This document shows, in pieces, positions 41,085 through 53,021 of a DNA stretch of 64,000 bases. Source of the stretch: Syntrophus sp. (in: bacteria) (lineage in GTDB: Bacteria; Desulfobacterota; Syntrophia; Syntrophales; Syntrophaceae). A program made the position numbers and the translations under genes. The stretch's first letter is position 1. Each line of letters begins with the position of its first letter. The notes below the pieces were generated by a model. The model had not been told where the DNA came from and ran no database searches. It was given only the letters and a program-made list of their open reading frames with translations. The stretch is taken from NCBI GenBank assembly GCA_034006265.1, contig JAVETB010000002.1, forward strand, positions 19,919-83,918, in the 5' to 3' direction.

Positions 41085-41885
41085 GTGAACGATCCGCATC
41101 TGGAGCGCCGCTTCACGAACCTGGTCGAGATTCTTCGCCGCCTCCGCTCCCCCGGGGGATGCCTCTGGGACCGGCAGCAGAAGAAAGAGGATATCGGCCG
41201 GTATCTCCTGGACGAATCCTACGAAGTGCTCGATGCCATTGCTGGCGGTTCGCCGGAGGAATTGAAGGAGGAGCTGGGGGACCTGCTCTTTCAGATCCTT
41301 TTTCTCGCGCAGCTCGCTGAAGAGGCCGGCGAATTCGGAATCGGCGAGGTCCTGGATGAAATCGGCGCCAAGATGATCCGCCGCCATCCACACGTGTTCG
41401 GGAACCGGGAGGTGAACAGCGTCGCCGATATCCGGGCCAACTGGGAAGAGATCAAAAGGAATACCGAGAAAAAGTACGAGAAGCATGCGAGCCTCCTGGA
41501 TAAAGTCCCCCGTTCTCTGCCCGCTCTGATGCGCGCCCAGAAGGTGTCCGCACTGGCCTCGAAGTGCGGATTCGATTGGCCGAACGCCGAGGAGGTTCTC
41601 GCCAAAATTGAGGAGGAATTCTCCGAACTGAAAGCGGCGATTATCGCAGGAGACCACAGAAACATTGAGGAGGAAGCGGGGGACGTCCTCTTTTCCCTGG
41701 TGAATCTCTGCCGTTTTTTTTCCATGGATGCCGAGCAGACGCTTTCGAAGACGATCCTCAAATTTCGAACTCGATTTCTCTATATTGAGAAGCAGCTGAA
41801 AAAACAGGGAAAATCCCCCGAGGAGGCCACCCTGGAAGAGATGGATCGTTTGTGGAACAAGGCCAAGTTTGAATTAGAGGAATAG
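41085..41885 (+). CDS. mazG: Nucleoside triphosphate pyrophosphohydrolase
   Basis: GCLWD, EELGDLL, RRHPHVF, GFDW, EEEAGD, LEEMD.LW. Confidence 0.95.
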   Translation: MNDPHLERRFTNLVEILRRLRSPGGCLWDRQQKKEDIGRYLLDESYEVLDAIAGGSPEELKEELGDLLFQILFLAQLAEEAGEFGIGEVLDEIGAKMIRRHPHVFGNREVNSVADIRANWEEIKRNTEKKYEKHASLLDKVPRSLPALMRAQKVSALASKCGFDWPNAEEVLAKIEEEFSELKAAIIAGDHRNIEEEAGDVLFSLVNLCRFFSMDAEQTLSKTILKFRTRFLYIEKQLKKQGKSPEEATLEEMDRLWNKAKFELEE

Positions 41886-41892
41886 GCCCCTT

Positions 41893-42078
41893 ATGAAATT
41901 CTTTCTCTGTGTCCTGGGAATGGTCTTCATTGTCGAAGGCCTCCCCTACGTCGCCTTTCCCGGAAAGCTCAAAGCCTACCTGTCCAGACTTATCACCCTT
42001 CCGGACTCGACCCTGCAGTTCTTGGGGCTGATTGCCATGCTCTTCGGCGTTCTGCTGGTTTACCTTGGTCGAAGCTGA
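41893..42078 (+). CDS. DUF2065 family membrane protein
   Basis: LGMVFIVEGLPY.AFP..LQFLGL pattern; precedes queA. Confidence 0.85.
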   Translation: MKFFLCVLGMVFIVEGLPYVAFPGKLKAYLSRLITLPDSTLQFLGLIAMLFGVLLVYLGRS

Positions 42079-42201
42079 AACAAGATCATTGACTTTCCCT
42101 GTGAATTTGGATTATCAGGACCGCAGCATCGGCGGCGGAACCCGGAAACGGGCGGAAAACCGCCGCCCGCACATCAGGAGCAAGGGCAGGACCGTCACGA
42201 G

Positions 42202-44450
<2,249 letters not shown>

Positions 44451-44510
44451 GCCTGGAATCCTGACCCGCAAAGATTTCATAACGGAAACAAATTAAAGGA
44501 GGACAAAGCA

Positions 44511-44846
44511 TTGACAGACTTAGCTCATGCCATGGGAAACCTGGGAGGAGGGGGACAGGCAGGTGGAGATGTCTCTTTCCTGATCATGATGGCCGTCATA
44601 TTCGGCATTTTTTATTTCCTGCTGATCCGACCGCAGCAGAAGAAGCAGAAGGAGCTCAAGGAAATGCTGACCAATCTGAACCACGGCGATGTCGTGGTGA
44701 CTTCGGGCGGCATTCACGGAAAAATTGCCGCCATGACCGGCGATGTCATTACCCTTGAAGTGGCCGACAAGGTCCGCATCAAGGTTTCGAGAAGCTTTAT
44801 TGCGGCCGTCCTTGAAAAATCGGGGGATAAGGCCGGAAAGGAATAG
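44511..44846 (+). CDS. yajC: Preprotein translocase subunit YajC
   Basis: FYFLLIRPQQK, GD.VVT.GGIHG; AAGGAGG SD. Confidence 0.95.
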   Translation: MTDLAHAMGNLGGGGQAGGDVSFLIMMAVIFGIFYFLLIRPQQKKQKELKEMLTNLNHGDVVVTSGGIHGKIAAMTGDVITLEVADKVRIKVSRSFIAAVLEKSGDKAGKE

Positions 44847-44863
44847 TCGAAAAGGGGAGTCCT

Positions 44864-46465
44864 ATGTTCGGAAGTCTGAAAGTTCGGAGTATTTTTGCCC
44901 TTGTCGTCATCCTGGTTGCGGTCTTCTATCTGGTTCCCAACATGACGTCGGAACTCCCGGAATTCTGGGAGAAGAAGCTTCCCAAGGACAAGATTCACCT
45001 GGGGCTCGACCTGCAGGGCGGGATGCATCTTGTCCTTGAGGTGGAGGCAGACAAGGCCATTGAAGCAACCCTGGAGCGAACGTCCGTCGATCTCAAGGAA
45101 GCGCTGATGGACAAACGCATCCGTTTCCGCCGTCTGGAGCGGACCGCCAATCAGACCATCTCGGTTGAACTGCCGGACAGCGCCTCGCGAATGGCCTTTG
45201 AAAAAAGTCTCCGGGACTCCTATGCGGATCTGGAAATCCTCTCTGCGGAAACCGTGGAGGGAATCGAGCGGGTGTCCCTGGGGATGAATGAAAAGCGGAA
45301 GGAAGAAATCCGCAAACTGGCGATCGAGCAGAGTCTGGAAACCATCCGCAACAGGGTCGACCAGTTCGGCATTACGGAGCCGGAAATCGTCCCCCAGGGA
45401 AAGGACCGCATCCTCATCCAGCTCCCGGGGATCAAAGATCCCGCCCGGGCCAAGAGCCTGATCGGCAAAACGGCTCTTCTGGAATTCAAGCTTGTCGACG
45501 AGGAGCACAGCCTCGAAGAGGCCATCAGAGGCAATGTACCAGAGGGCGACATCATTGCCTACGAGCGGAAGGTCGACCCCATGTCCGGCAAGAGTGTGGA
45601 AGTACCCTATCTGCTAAAGGGCAAGGCCATGCTGACCGGCGACTCGCTGGAAAATGCCCAGGTGAAGATCAGCGACCGTTTTGGTGAACCTCATGTCGCC
45701 TTGAAGTTCAATGCACGCGGGGCTGCCGATTTTGAGCGGATCACGGGCGAAAATGTTAAAAAGCGCCTGGCCATCGTCCTCGATGGCATCGTCCATTCCG
45801 CTCCCGTCATCCAGGAAAAGATTTCCGGGGGGCAGGCGCAGATCACCGGCTCCTTCACCATGGAGGAGGCCCGCGACCTGGCCATCGTGCTTCGCGCCGG
45901 TGCGCTGCCCGCTCCCGTCAAGATCCTGGAGGAGAGAACCGTGGGGCCATCCCTCGGAAAGGACTCCATTGATATGGGGATCTGGTCGAGCATCATCGCC
46001 GGCATTCTTGTCATCGCCTTCATGATTTTCTACTACAGGCTGTCCGGTATCGTGGCGGATATCGCACTGGTCCTCAATCTGATTCTCCTGATGGGCGTCA
46101 TGGCCGCCTTCAAGGCAACCTTGACCCTTCCAGGCATCGCCGGCATCGTTCTCACCATCGGAATGGCAGTGGATGCCAACGTGCTGATTTTCGAAAGGAC
46201 CAGGGAAGAACTCCGGACGGGGAAAACACCACGAGCCGCCATTGACGCCGGATACAACAAGGCGTTCCTGACGATTCTGGACTCCAACGTCACCACGCTG
46301 GTGGCCGCCCTATTCCTCTTCGGCTTCGGAACGGGTCCGATCAAGGGGTTCGCCGTTACCCTGACCATCGGGATCATCGTCAGCATGTTCACCGCGATCT
46401 TTGTCACGAGAATCATCTTTGATTATTTCATATGGAACCGCAAGATTTCGTCCATCAGCATATAA
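44864..46465 (+). CDS. secD: Protein translocase subunit SecD
   Basis: LGLDLQGG, VGPSLG, GMAVDANVLIFER, DSNVTT. Confidence 0.97.
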   Translation: MFGSLKVRSIFALVVILVAVFYLVPNMTSELPEFWEKKLPKDKIHLGLDLQGGMHLVLEVEADKAIEATLERTSVDLKEALMDKRIRFRRLERTANQTISVELPDSASRMAFEKSLRDSYADLEILSAETVEGIERVSLGMNEKRKEEIRKLAIEQSLETIRNRVDQFGITEPEIVPQGKDRILIQLPGIKDPARAKSLIGKTALLEFKLVDEEHSLEEAIRGNVPEGDIIAYERKVDPMSGKSVEVPYLLKGKAMLTGDSLENAQVKISDRFGEPHVALKFNARGAADFERITGENVKKRLAIVLDGIVHSAPVIQEKISGGQAQITGSFTMEEARDLAIVLRAGALPAPVKILEERTVGPSLGKDSIDMGIWSSIIAGILVIAFMIFYYRLSGIVADIALVLNLILLMGVMAAFKATLTLPGIAGIVLTIGMAVDANVLIFERTREELRTGKTPRAAIDAGYNKAFLTILDSNVTTLVAALFLFGFGTGPIKGFAVTLTIGIIVSMFTAIFVTRIIFDYFIWNRKISSISI

Positions 46466-46503
46466 AACCGGCAACGGGCATTTGAACCTTCGAGGAGATC
46501 TTC

Positions 46504-47415
46504 ATGGAAATCATTAAATCGGAAACCCATTTTAATTTCGTCGCCATGATGAAAATGGCCGCCATAGCCTCTGTGGTCTATATCCTGATCGGAATCGGTT
46601 CCATCTTCTGGCATGGAGGCCTGAATTTCGGAATCGATTTTGCCGGGGGGACCTTGATCCAGATCCGGTTCACTGGAGAGACCTCCGTGGAAAAGCTCCG
46701 TCAGGTCTTCAAATCCATCGGCCTGGGAAACAGCATCATCCAGGAGTTCGGTCCCAATGAAATGGTGGTGAGAATCCCGGTTACGAATGTGGATCTCAAG
46801 GGACTCTCCGGACAGGTTGAAAGCGCCCTCCAGGGGGCTTACGGCCAGGGCGCCACGGAGATTCGCAGGCTGGAATCCGTCGGGCCGAAAGTCGGCCGGG
46901 ATCTGACGCGGAAGGCCCTGCTGGCCATCATTTTCTCCTGGATCGGTATTCTCGTTTATGTGGGCTTTCGCTTCGAATTCCGTTATGCCCTGGGCGGGAT
47001 CATCGCCCTCATTCACGATGTTCTGGTTACGATCGGAACCCTTTCCCTGTTAAACAAGGAGTTCGATCTGAACATCGTCGCAGCCATGCTTGCGATCATC
47101 GGTTATTCCATCAACGACACCATCGTCATTTTTGACCGGATCCGTGAAAATACTCGGAAAAACATGAAAATGCCCCTTATGGACGTGATCAATCTCAGCG
47201 TGAATCAGACCCTGAGCCGAACCATTCTGACCTCCTTCACGCTGCTGATCGTCCTGGTGGTCCTGTTCTTCTTCGGCGGTTCAGTCATCCACGACTTTGC
47301 CTTGACGCTGCTGGTAGGCTGTCTTGCCGGCGTTTACTCAACTGTTTTTATCGCCAGCCCCATCGTGCTGGCCTTTGAAAAGATCCGGCCCTCCCGGATG
47401 AAAGGTAAGAAATAG
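46504..47415 (+). CDS. secF: Protein translocase subunit SecF
   Basis: GIDFAGG, VGP.VG, HDV, GYSINDTIVIFDRIRE. Confidence 0.97.
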   Translation: MEIIKSETHFNFVAMMKMAAIASVVYILIGIGSIFWHGGLNFGIDFAGGTLIQIRFTGETSVEKLRQVFKSIGLGNSIIQEFGPNEMVVRIPVTNVDLKGLSGQVESALQGAYGQGATEIRRLESVGPKVGRDLTRKALLAIIFSWIGILVYVGFRFEFRYALGGIIALIHDVLVTIGTLSLLNKEFDLNIVAAMLAIIGYSINDTIVIFDRIRENTRKNMKMPLMDVINLSVNQTLSRTILTSFTLLIVLVVLFFFGGSVIHDFALTLLVGCLAGVYSTVFIASPIVLAFEKIRPSRMKGKK

Positions 47416-47417
47416 GA

Positions 47418-47930
47418 TTGCCTCCTATGGAAACCGCCGGATGGTCGCTTTTCTTCGCCGTCCTGATTGTCGGCCTGTATGCCAACATCTACGGCCTGCC
47501 GGGGACAGTGCTCATCTTTATCGACGTCCTGGTTTACGCTTCGGCTACAGGCTTTTGCACGATCGGAAAGGAATTGCTTTTTTCCCTTCTTGCCATCGCG
47601 CTCCTGGCTGAGGGCCTGGAGCTGATTCTTTATGCCGCCGGCGCTTCCCGCTTCCCGGTCTCGAAAAAGGACTTCGCCGTTTCGGTCCTCGGCAGTGTGG
47701 CCGGGGCGCTCCTGTTGACCCCTTATCTATACGGCCTGGGAACCCTGGCTGGAATCTTTCTCGGCGGGTTCCTGGGGCTTCTGCTCATGGAGCTGATGAA
47801 CCAGATGCAGCTGAGGCCCTCCATGCGCAGGACGAAAGGCTCGATTCTGGGGCGGTCCGCAGGGACTCTGACGAAAGGGGGGCTGGCCCTGTCGATGGTG
47901 GTTCTGGCTCTGATGAGCATTTACTCCTAG
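47418..47930 (+). CDS. DUF456 family membrane protein
   Basis: GLPG motif, four hydrophobic segments, G..LG.F.G..L.E; alternative start 47427. Confidence 0.7.
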   Translation: MPPMETAGWSLFFAVLIVGLYANIYGLPGTVLIFIDVLVYASATGFCTIGKELLFSLLAIALLAEGLELILYAAGASRFPVSKKDFAVSVLGSVAGALLLTPYLYGLGTLAGIFLGGFLGLLLMELMNQMQLRPSMRRTKGSILGRSAGTLTKGGLALSMVVLALMSIYS

Positions 47931-47949
47931 AAAACTCAAGGATATCTCT

Positions 47950-48561
47950 ATGGCAAAAAGGAAATCAAAATTTCGGGAATATGCCGAGGCCATTGTTATT
48001 GCCCTGGTCATCGCCTTCTTTATCCGGACCTTCGTGATCCAGGCTTATAAAATCCCCTCCGGGTCGATGAAACCGACCCTTCTGGTGGGCGATCATATCC
48101 TCGTCAACAAATTTCTCTACGGGATCAAGGTCCCCCACTTCCGCAACACCATCGTCCCCCTCAAGGAACCGCAGAGGGGGGACGTCGTGGTTTTCATTTA
48201 TCCGGAAGACCGGAGCAAAGACTTCATCAAGCGGGTGATTGCCGTCAGCGGCGACACGGTGGAAATCCGCAACAAGAAGATTTACCTCAACGGCAAGCTT
48301 TATAAGGACGGCAAGGGGGTTTATGTCGATTCGTTCATCCTTCCAGGGTCTCTTCAGCCCCGGGACAATTTCGGACCCGTAACCGTTCCCCCCTCCTCCC
48401 TTTTCGTGATGGGCGACAATCGGGATCAGAGCTATGACAGCCGCTTCTGGGGATTTGTAGATCTGAAGGACGTTCTCGGAAAAGCCATCGTCATCTACTG
48501 GTCATGGGACCGGGAAAATCGCGGCGTACGCTGGGATCGGCTGGGGGATCTTCTCCATTAG
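47950..48561 (+). CDS. lepB: Signal peptidase I
   Basis: IPSGSM.PTL, FIKRVI, GDNRDQSYDSRFWG. Confidence 0.96.
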   Translation: MAKRKSKFREYAEAIVIALVIAFFIRTFVIQAYKIPSGSMKPTLLVGDHILVNKFLYGIKVPHFRNTIVPLKEPQRGDVVVFIYPEDRSKDFIKRVIAVSGDTVEIRNKKIYLNGKLYKDGKGVYVDSFILPGSLQPRDNFGPVTVPPSSLFVMGDNRDQSYDSRFWGFVDLKDVLGKAIVIYWSWDRENRGVRWDRLGDLLH

Positions 48562-48573
48562 GGGCAGCCGGTT

Positions 48574-49854
48574 TCAGAGGACGGCAGCCAGCACCGTGGC
48601 CATGGACAGAACAATCAACACGGCAACGGTCAGCCAGGAAAGGAGATTCATGACGGTTCCGTTGGTGTGCTCCCCCATGATTTTCCTGTCGTTGACAAGC
48701 AGGAGGATGAAGATCAGGATCACGGGAAGCAGAAGCCCGTTGACCACCTGGGTATAGTACATGATGGGAATCAGCGGAACATTCGGCAACAGGATAATCC
48801 CCGCCCCCAGGATGATCATGATGGAATAGAGGCCGTAGAACTGCGGCGCTTCGAGAAACTTGCGGTTCAGGCTCGATTCCCAGCCAAAGGCTTCGCAGAT
48901 CGTGTAGGCCGTGGACAGCGGCAGGATGGAGGCGGCAAACAGCGAGGCGTTCAAAAGGCCGAAGGCAAACAGCCCGGAGCAGTAAGTTCCTGCCATCGGC
49001 TTCAAAGCCAGGGCCGCGTCCTTGGCCGTTTCGACCCGGATCCCCGCCTGGTAGAGTGTGATGGCGCAGAGCATGATGATGAAAAAGGCCACCACGTTGA
49101 CCATCACGGAACCGACCACCACATCCAGGCGGGTATAGGGGTAGTCCTCGACCTGCAGCCCCTTGTCGACAACGGAAGACTGGAGATAGAACTGCATCCA
49201 GGGCGCAATGGTCGTCCCCACGATACCCACCGCCATGGTCAGATATCCGGCGTCAAAACGCAGAGAAGGCGTCACGGTCGCCCGCCCGATTTCTCCCCAG
49301 TCGGGGTTTGCCGTGAAGCCGGAAATAATGTACGAAAAGTAGAAGACGCAGGCGGTGAGAAAAACCTTTTCCACGGACTTGTAACTGCCCTTAACCACCA
49401 GCCACCAGACAAAAGCGGCACCGAAGGTCACCGACAGATATTTGCTCAAGCCGAAGATCTCCATGCTGGCCGCCAAACCGGCAAACTCGGCAACCGTATT
49501 GCCCAGGTTGGTCAGAAAAAGGACGATCATGAGATAGAAGGTGATTCTGGCACCGAATCGCTCGCGGATGAGGTCGGACAGCCCTTTTCCGGAAACAACG
49601 CCCATCCGGGCGCCCATCTCCTGGATGATGATAAGGGCGACCGTTATGGGAATCAAAAGCCACAGGAGGGAAAGGCCGTAATGGGCTCCGGCCAGGGAGT
49701 AGGTCGTGATTCCGCCTGCATCGTTGTCTACGTTGGAGGTGATGATCCCCGGCCCGACAAAGGCAAGCAGAACTCCGAGAGACTTCCAGAATCTCTTCGA
49801 GGGAAAGGCGTGGAATCGATCGCGAATTGATACGAGAAAACCGTCACCGTGCAT
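48574..49854 (-). CDS. Nramp-family divalent cation transporter, NRMT (Mg2+)-like
   Basis: GPG..DNDAGG (not DPGN), QEM..RMG.V.GKG, GTTIAPW. Confidence 0.88.
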   Translation of the reverse strand: MHGDGFLVSIRDRFHAFPSKRFWKSLGVLLAFVGPGIITSNVDNDAGGITTYSLAGAHYGLSLLWLLIPITVALIIIQEMGARMGVVSGKGLSDLIRERFGARITFYLMIVLFLTNLGNTVAEFAGLAASMEIFGLSKYLSVTFGAAFVWWLVVKGSYKSVEKVFLTACVFYFSYIISGFTANPDWGEIGRATVTPSLRFDAGYLTMAVGIVGTTIAPWMQFYLQSSVVDKGLQVEDYPYTRLDVVVGSVMVNVVAFFIIMLCAITLYQAGIRVETAKDAALALKPMAGTYCSGLFAFGLLNASLFAASILPLSTAYTICEAFGWESSLNRKFLEAPQFYGLYSIMIILGAGIILLPNVPLIPIMYYTQVVNGLLLPVILIFILLLVNDRKIMGEHTNGTVMNLLSWLTVAVLIVLSMATVLAAVL

Positions 49855-49881
49855 AGATGGCCACCATCGTCTTTCATCGCC

Positions 49882-51144
49882 TTATTTCCCCAGTCTTGGT
49901 GCAACCACTTCGAGCAGATCCTTGAACATGATGACCCCCTGCAGCCTCATCTGATCATCCACCACCGGGATGGCCATAATGCCGTACTTGGCAAAATCGC
50001 TGGCAATCGAATCTTTGTCTTCATCAAGCTCGACCGTGACGACCCGCCGGAACATCAGGTCTGAAAGGCAGGTCTCCGGCAGGGCGACCAGCAGCTCTCT
50101 CAGACTCAAAAGCCCCAAAAGATGCTCCTCTTCATCGACAACATACAGGTAATAGACAAAATCCAGATCTTCGGCCTCCCGGTGGACCACCTGAAGGGCC
50201 TCCATAACCGTCGTCTGCGGCATGAAGCTCAGGTAGGCCGTCGTCATGAGCCCCCCGGCCGTTTCCTCAGGGTGGGCAAGGAGCTCCTTGACATCCTCGG
50301 CAAAGTCCTGCTCCATGGCCTCGAGAATGTCTTCCGCCTTGCCTCTGGGAAGATCCGCCAGCAGGTCCGCCGCATCACTCAGGGACATTTCCTCGATAAT
50401 ATCACTGGCCTGTTCAACATCCATATTCTCGATCAGGGTGACCTGAATCTTCGGATCCGTTTCCTCCAGCGTTTCCGCCGCGGTTTCCACATCCAGGGAC
50501 TGGAAAACCGCCGTGCGCTGGCGGATATCGAGCTCTTCGATAATGTCGGCGATATCCGCCGGGTGAAGCTGGGCTAAACGGCTTTCTGCAACATTCAGGC
50601 GCAGCAGGTCCGGCGAAAAAAGCGGCTGGACAAACTGCCAGGAAATGAACTGATCGGGCAGGTCGTATTCAAAAAGCCCTTTCAGGAAATAATCCGTCAC
50701 CTCCTCCAGGCCGACCCGCCGCATGAGGCCCCGGAAGCCCACATCCACATGAATCAGGTAAAGGCCGCCCCGAGCCATGAGGAACTGGAGATCATTGACC
50801 CGCCGCACCTTGGCGCCATTGGTGTCTACAATCTGCTTATCCAGGAGGCTTTCCTTCAGCCAGATCTCCTCCGCCTCCGTCCCCCCTTCCCAGGAGGTGT
50901 CCGCTTCCCCGGTGTCAACCACGAAGCATCCGTTCACTTCGACAAGATTCCGCCAGGGCATGATCACAGGGGCCCTGCGGCGGTCCGGTTTCACAAGGAT
51001 ACCGCTTACGGGGGGATAAGGTTCACCCAGAGGGACAACCACATCAAGGATCTGGCCCAAGAGCCGCCCCTTGACATCAATCATTTTTTTCTTCAGGATC
51101 TGGCTCAAAAACAAAAAAACCTGAGGTTCGTATTCAGCCGCCAT
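49882..51144 (-). CDS. Soluble MgtE N-domain/CBS protein with N-terminal PRC-barrel-like region
   Basis: LLDKQIVD, LHPADIAD, ETAGGLMT, YYLYVVD, IPVVD; no TM domain. Confidence 0.88.
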   Translation of the reverse strand: MAAEYEPQVFLFLSQILKKKMIDVKGRLLGQILDVVVPLGEPYPPVSGILVKPDRRRAPVIMPWRNLVEVNGCFVVDTGEADTSWEGGTEAEEIWLKESLLDKQIVDTNGAKVRRVNDLQFLMARGGLYLIHVDVGFRGLMRRVGLEEVTDYFLKGLFEYDLPDQFISWQFVQPLFSPDLLRLNVAESRLAQLHPADIADIIEELDIRQRTAVFQSLDVETAAETLEETDPKIQVTLIENMDVEQASDIIEEMSLSDAADLLADLPRGKAEDILEAMEQDFAEDVKELLAHPEETAGGLMTTAYLSFMPQTTVMEALQVVHREAEDLDFVYYLYVVDEEEHLLGLLSLRELLVALPETCLSDLMFRRVVTVELDEDKDSIASDFAKYGIMAIPVVDDQMRLQGVIMFKDLLEVVAPRLGK

Positions 51145-51273
51145 ACATTTTCCCTCCAGGGGCTGTGCGTATAACATTATTAAACGCTAAAAAAAAGATT
51201 TTTCCCCCGGACGTCTTCCCTTTGATGAAATCCCGAAAACGGCGTTCTTAACTCTTCGGAATCACATTGCGGC

Positions 51274-51407
51274 TTGACAGAACAGAAATATTCTACTAGA
51301 AGCAACTTCAATAGGAACAGTGAGCATGGGGCAAGGAATGACCTTGGTAACAATCGGCTTTTATACAGAGAAACCAGCCTTCTCAATTTACGGGAAGGTT
51401 TTTTTTT
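51274..51407 (+). promoter_or_regulatory. pyr promoter and attenuator leader
   Basis: TTGACA-N17-TAGAAG; terminator AGCCTTCTC/GGGAAGGTT + T run at 51376-51407 upstream of pyrR; PyrR-loop-like sequence only degenerate. Confidence 0.65.
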
Positions 51408-51505
51408 GCCGAACGATAGTCATTTCAGAAATACCGTGGGGAATCCCGGCCTTCGGCTTTTTTCTATGATGCGGCAGCAGAAATCCAGGAAAGGAATCCG
51501 GGAAA

Positions 51506-52042
51506 ATGCACAAGAAACTGGTCATGGATGCAGCGGAGATCGACCGATCGCTGACTCGCATCGCCTATGAGATCCTTGAAAAAAATAAGGGCGTAACCGA
51601 TCTGGTTCTGGTGGGCATTCGGACGGGAGGCGTATTTCTCTCGGAACGTCTTCAGAAAAAAATCTTCGACATTGAAGGGGTTAAAGTCCCTTCGTGCATT
51701 CTGGACATCACGATGTACCGTGACGATCTGCTTTCAGCTCACAGGAAGCCCAGGATCATGAAGACGGAGATCCCCTTCAGCCTGGATAGGAAGAAGGCCA
51801 TCCTTGTGGACGACGTTCTCTTCACGGGAAGGACCATCCGGGCAGCTATGGATGCCCTGATCGATTTTGGGCGCCCTCAGTCGATCCAGCTTGCCGTTCT
51901 GATCGACCGCGGGCATCGTGAACTTCCCATAAGGGCTGATTTCGTCGGGGCGAATCTTCCCTCTTTTCTCTGGGAGGACATCAGCGTCAACCTGATTGAG
52001 AAGAACGGTCGCGACGAAGTGGTCGTCGAGGACAGCAACTAG
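51506..52042 (+). CDS. pyrR: Pyrimidine regulatory protein/uracil phosphoribosyltransferase
   Basis: RIAYEILEKN, LDITMYRDD, VDDVLFTGRT, DRGHRELPI. Confidence 0.97.
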   Translation: MHKKLVMDAAEIDRSLTRIAYEILEKNKGVTDLVLVGIRTGGVFLSERLQKKIFDIEGVKVPSCILDITMYRDDLLSAHRKPRIMKTEIPFSLDRKKAILVDDVLFTGRTIRAAMDALIDFGRPQSIQLAVLIDRGHRELPIRADFVGANLPSFLWEDISVNLIEKNGRDEVVVEDSN

Positions 52043-52097
52043 AGGAAATGCCAGCAGAAAATAAACCCGTTCGTCTATGGAAATCAGGAGTTGTGCC

Positions 52098-53021
52098 ATG
52101 AAGTGGGAACGTAAGGATCTTCTTGGGATCAAGGACCTATCCGGGGAGGAAATATCCCTGATTCTCGACACGGCAGAGTCTTTTCTCGAGGTATCCACGC
52201 GTGATATCAAAAAGGTGCCGACCCTCCGCGGCAAAACGATCATCAATTTTTTTGTCGAGGCCAGTACCCGGACGCGCACCTCCTTTGAAATCGCCGGCAA
52301 GCGCCTGAGCGCCGACACCATCAATATCTCGGCCTCCACTAGCAGCCTGGTCAAGGGGGAAACCCTGTCGGACACAGCAAAAAACCTTGAAGCCATGAAT
52401 CCGGACGTGATCGTGATCCGCCACAGCTGCGCCGGAGCGCCTCACATGCTGGCCCGGCTGGTCAGGCAATCCATCATCAATGCCGGTGACGGTACTCATG
52501 AGCACCCCACCCAGGCGCTGCTCGACATGATGACGATCCGGAACCGCAAGGGCACCCTCTCCGGGTTGAACGTGACCATCGTCGGCGACATCGCCCACAG
52601 CCGCGTCGCCCGTTCCAACATCTACGGATTGAACAAAATGGGGGCCCATCTGACTGTGGCAGGCCCTGCCACCATGATGCCAAGGGAAATCCGGGAGCTG
52701 GGGGTCAAGGTATCCTTCCGCCTGGAAGAGGCACTTCAAGACGCGGATGTGGTCATGATGCTCCGGATTCAGACGGAGCGCGAACAGCGGAACATCTTTC
52801 CCTCCCTTCGGGAATATTCCGCATTTTACTGCCTGAACGGGGACAACATCCAAAGGGCCAGACAGGATGTCCTGGTCATGCACCCAGGTCCCGTCAATCG
52901 CGGCGTGGAGATCTCTCCAGAAATAGCCGACGGGGCGAACTCCGTCATTCTGGAACAGGTCACCAACGGGGTCGCCGTCCGGATGGCCCTTCTTTATCTT
53001 CTGACAGGAGCCATAGAATGA
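52098..53021 (+). CDS. pyrB: Aspartate carbamoyltransferase catalytic subunit
   Basis: [25 protein letters not shown]. Confidence 0.97.
   Translation: MKWERKDLLGIKDLSGEEISLILDTAESFLEVSTRDIKKVPTLRGKTIINFFVEASTRTRTSFEIAGKRLSADTINISASTSSLVKGETLSDTAKNLEAMNPDVIVIRHSCAGAPHMLARLVRQSIINAGDGTHEHPTQALLDMMTIRNRKGTLSGLNVTIVGDIAHSRVARSNIYGLNKMGAHLTVAGPATMMPREIRELGVKVSFRLEEALQDADVVMMLRIQTEREQRNIFPSLREYSAFYCLNGDNIQRARQDVLVMHPGPVNRGVEISPEIADGANSVILEQVTNGVAVRMALLYLLTGAIE

Noticed and set aside
41029-41150. ELDIRGRSV-TGA as a TusA/SirA-like selenoprotein
   Set aside because: TGA is one position off the DxRGxxCP cysteine, and the read-through is not TusA-like and overlaps mazG
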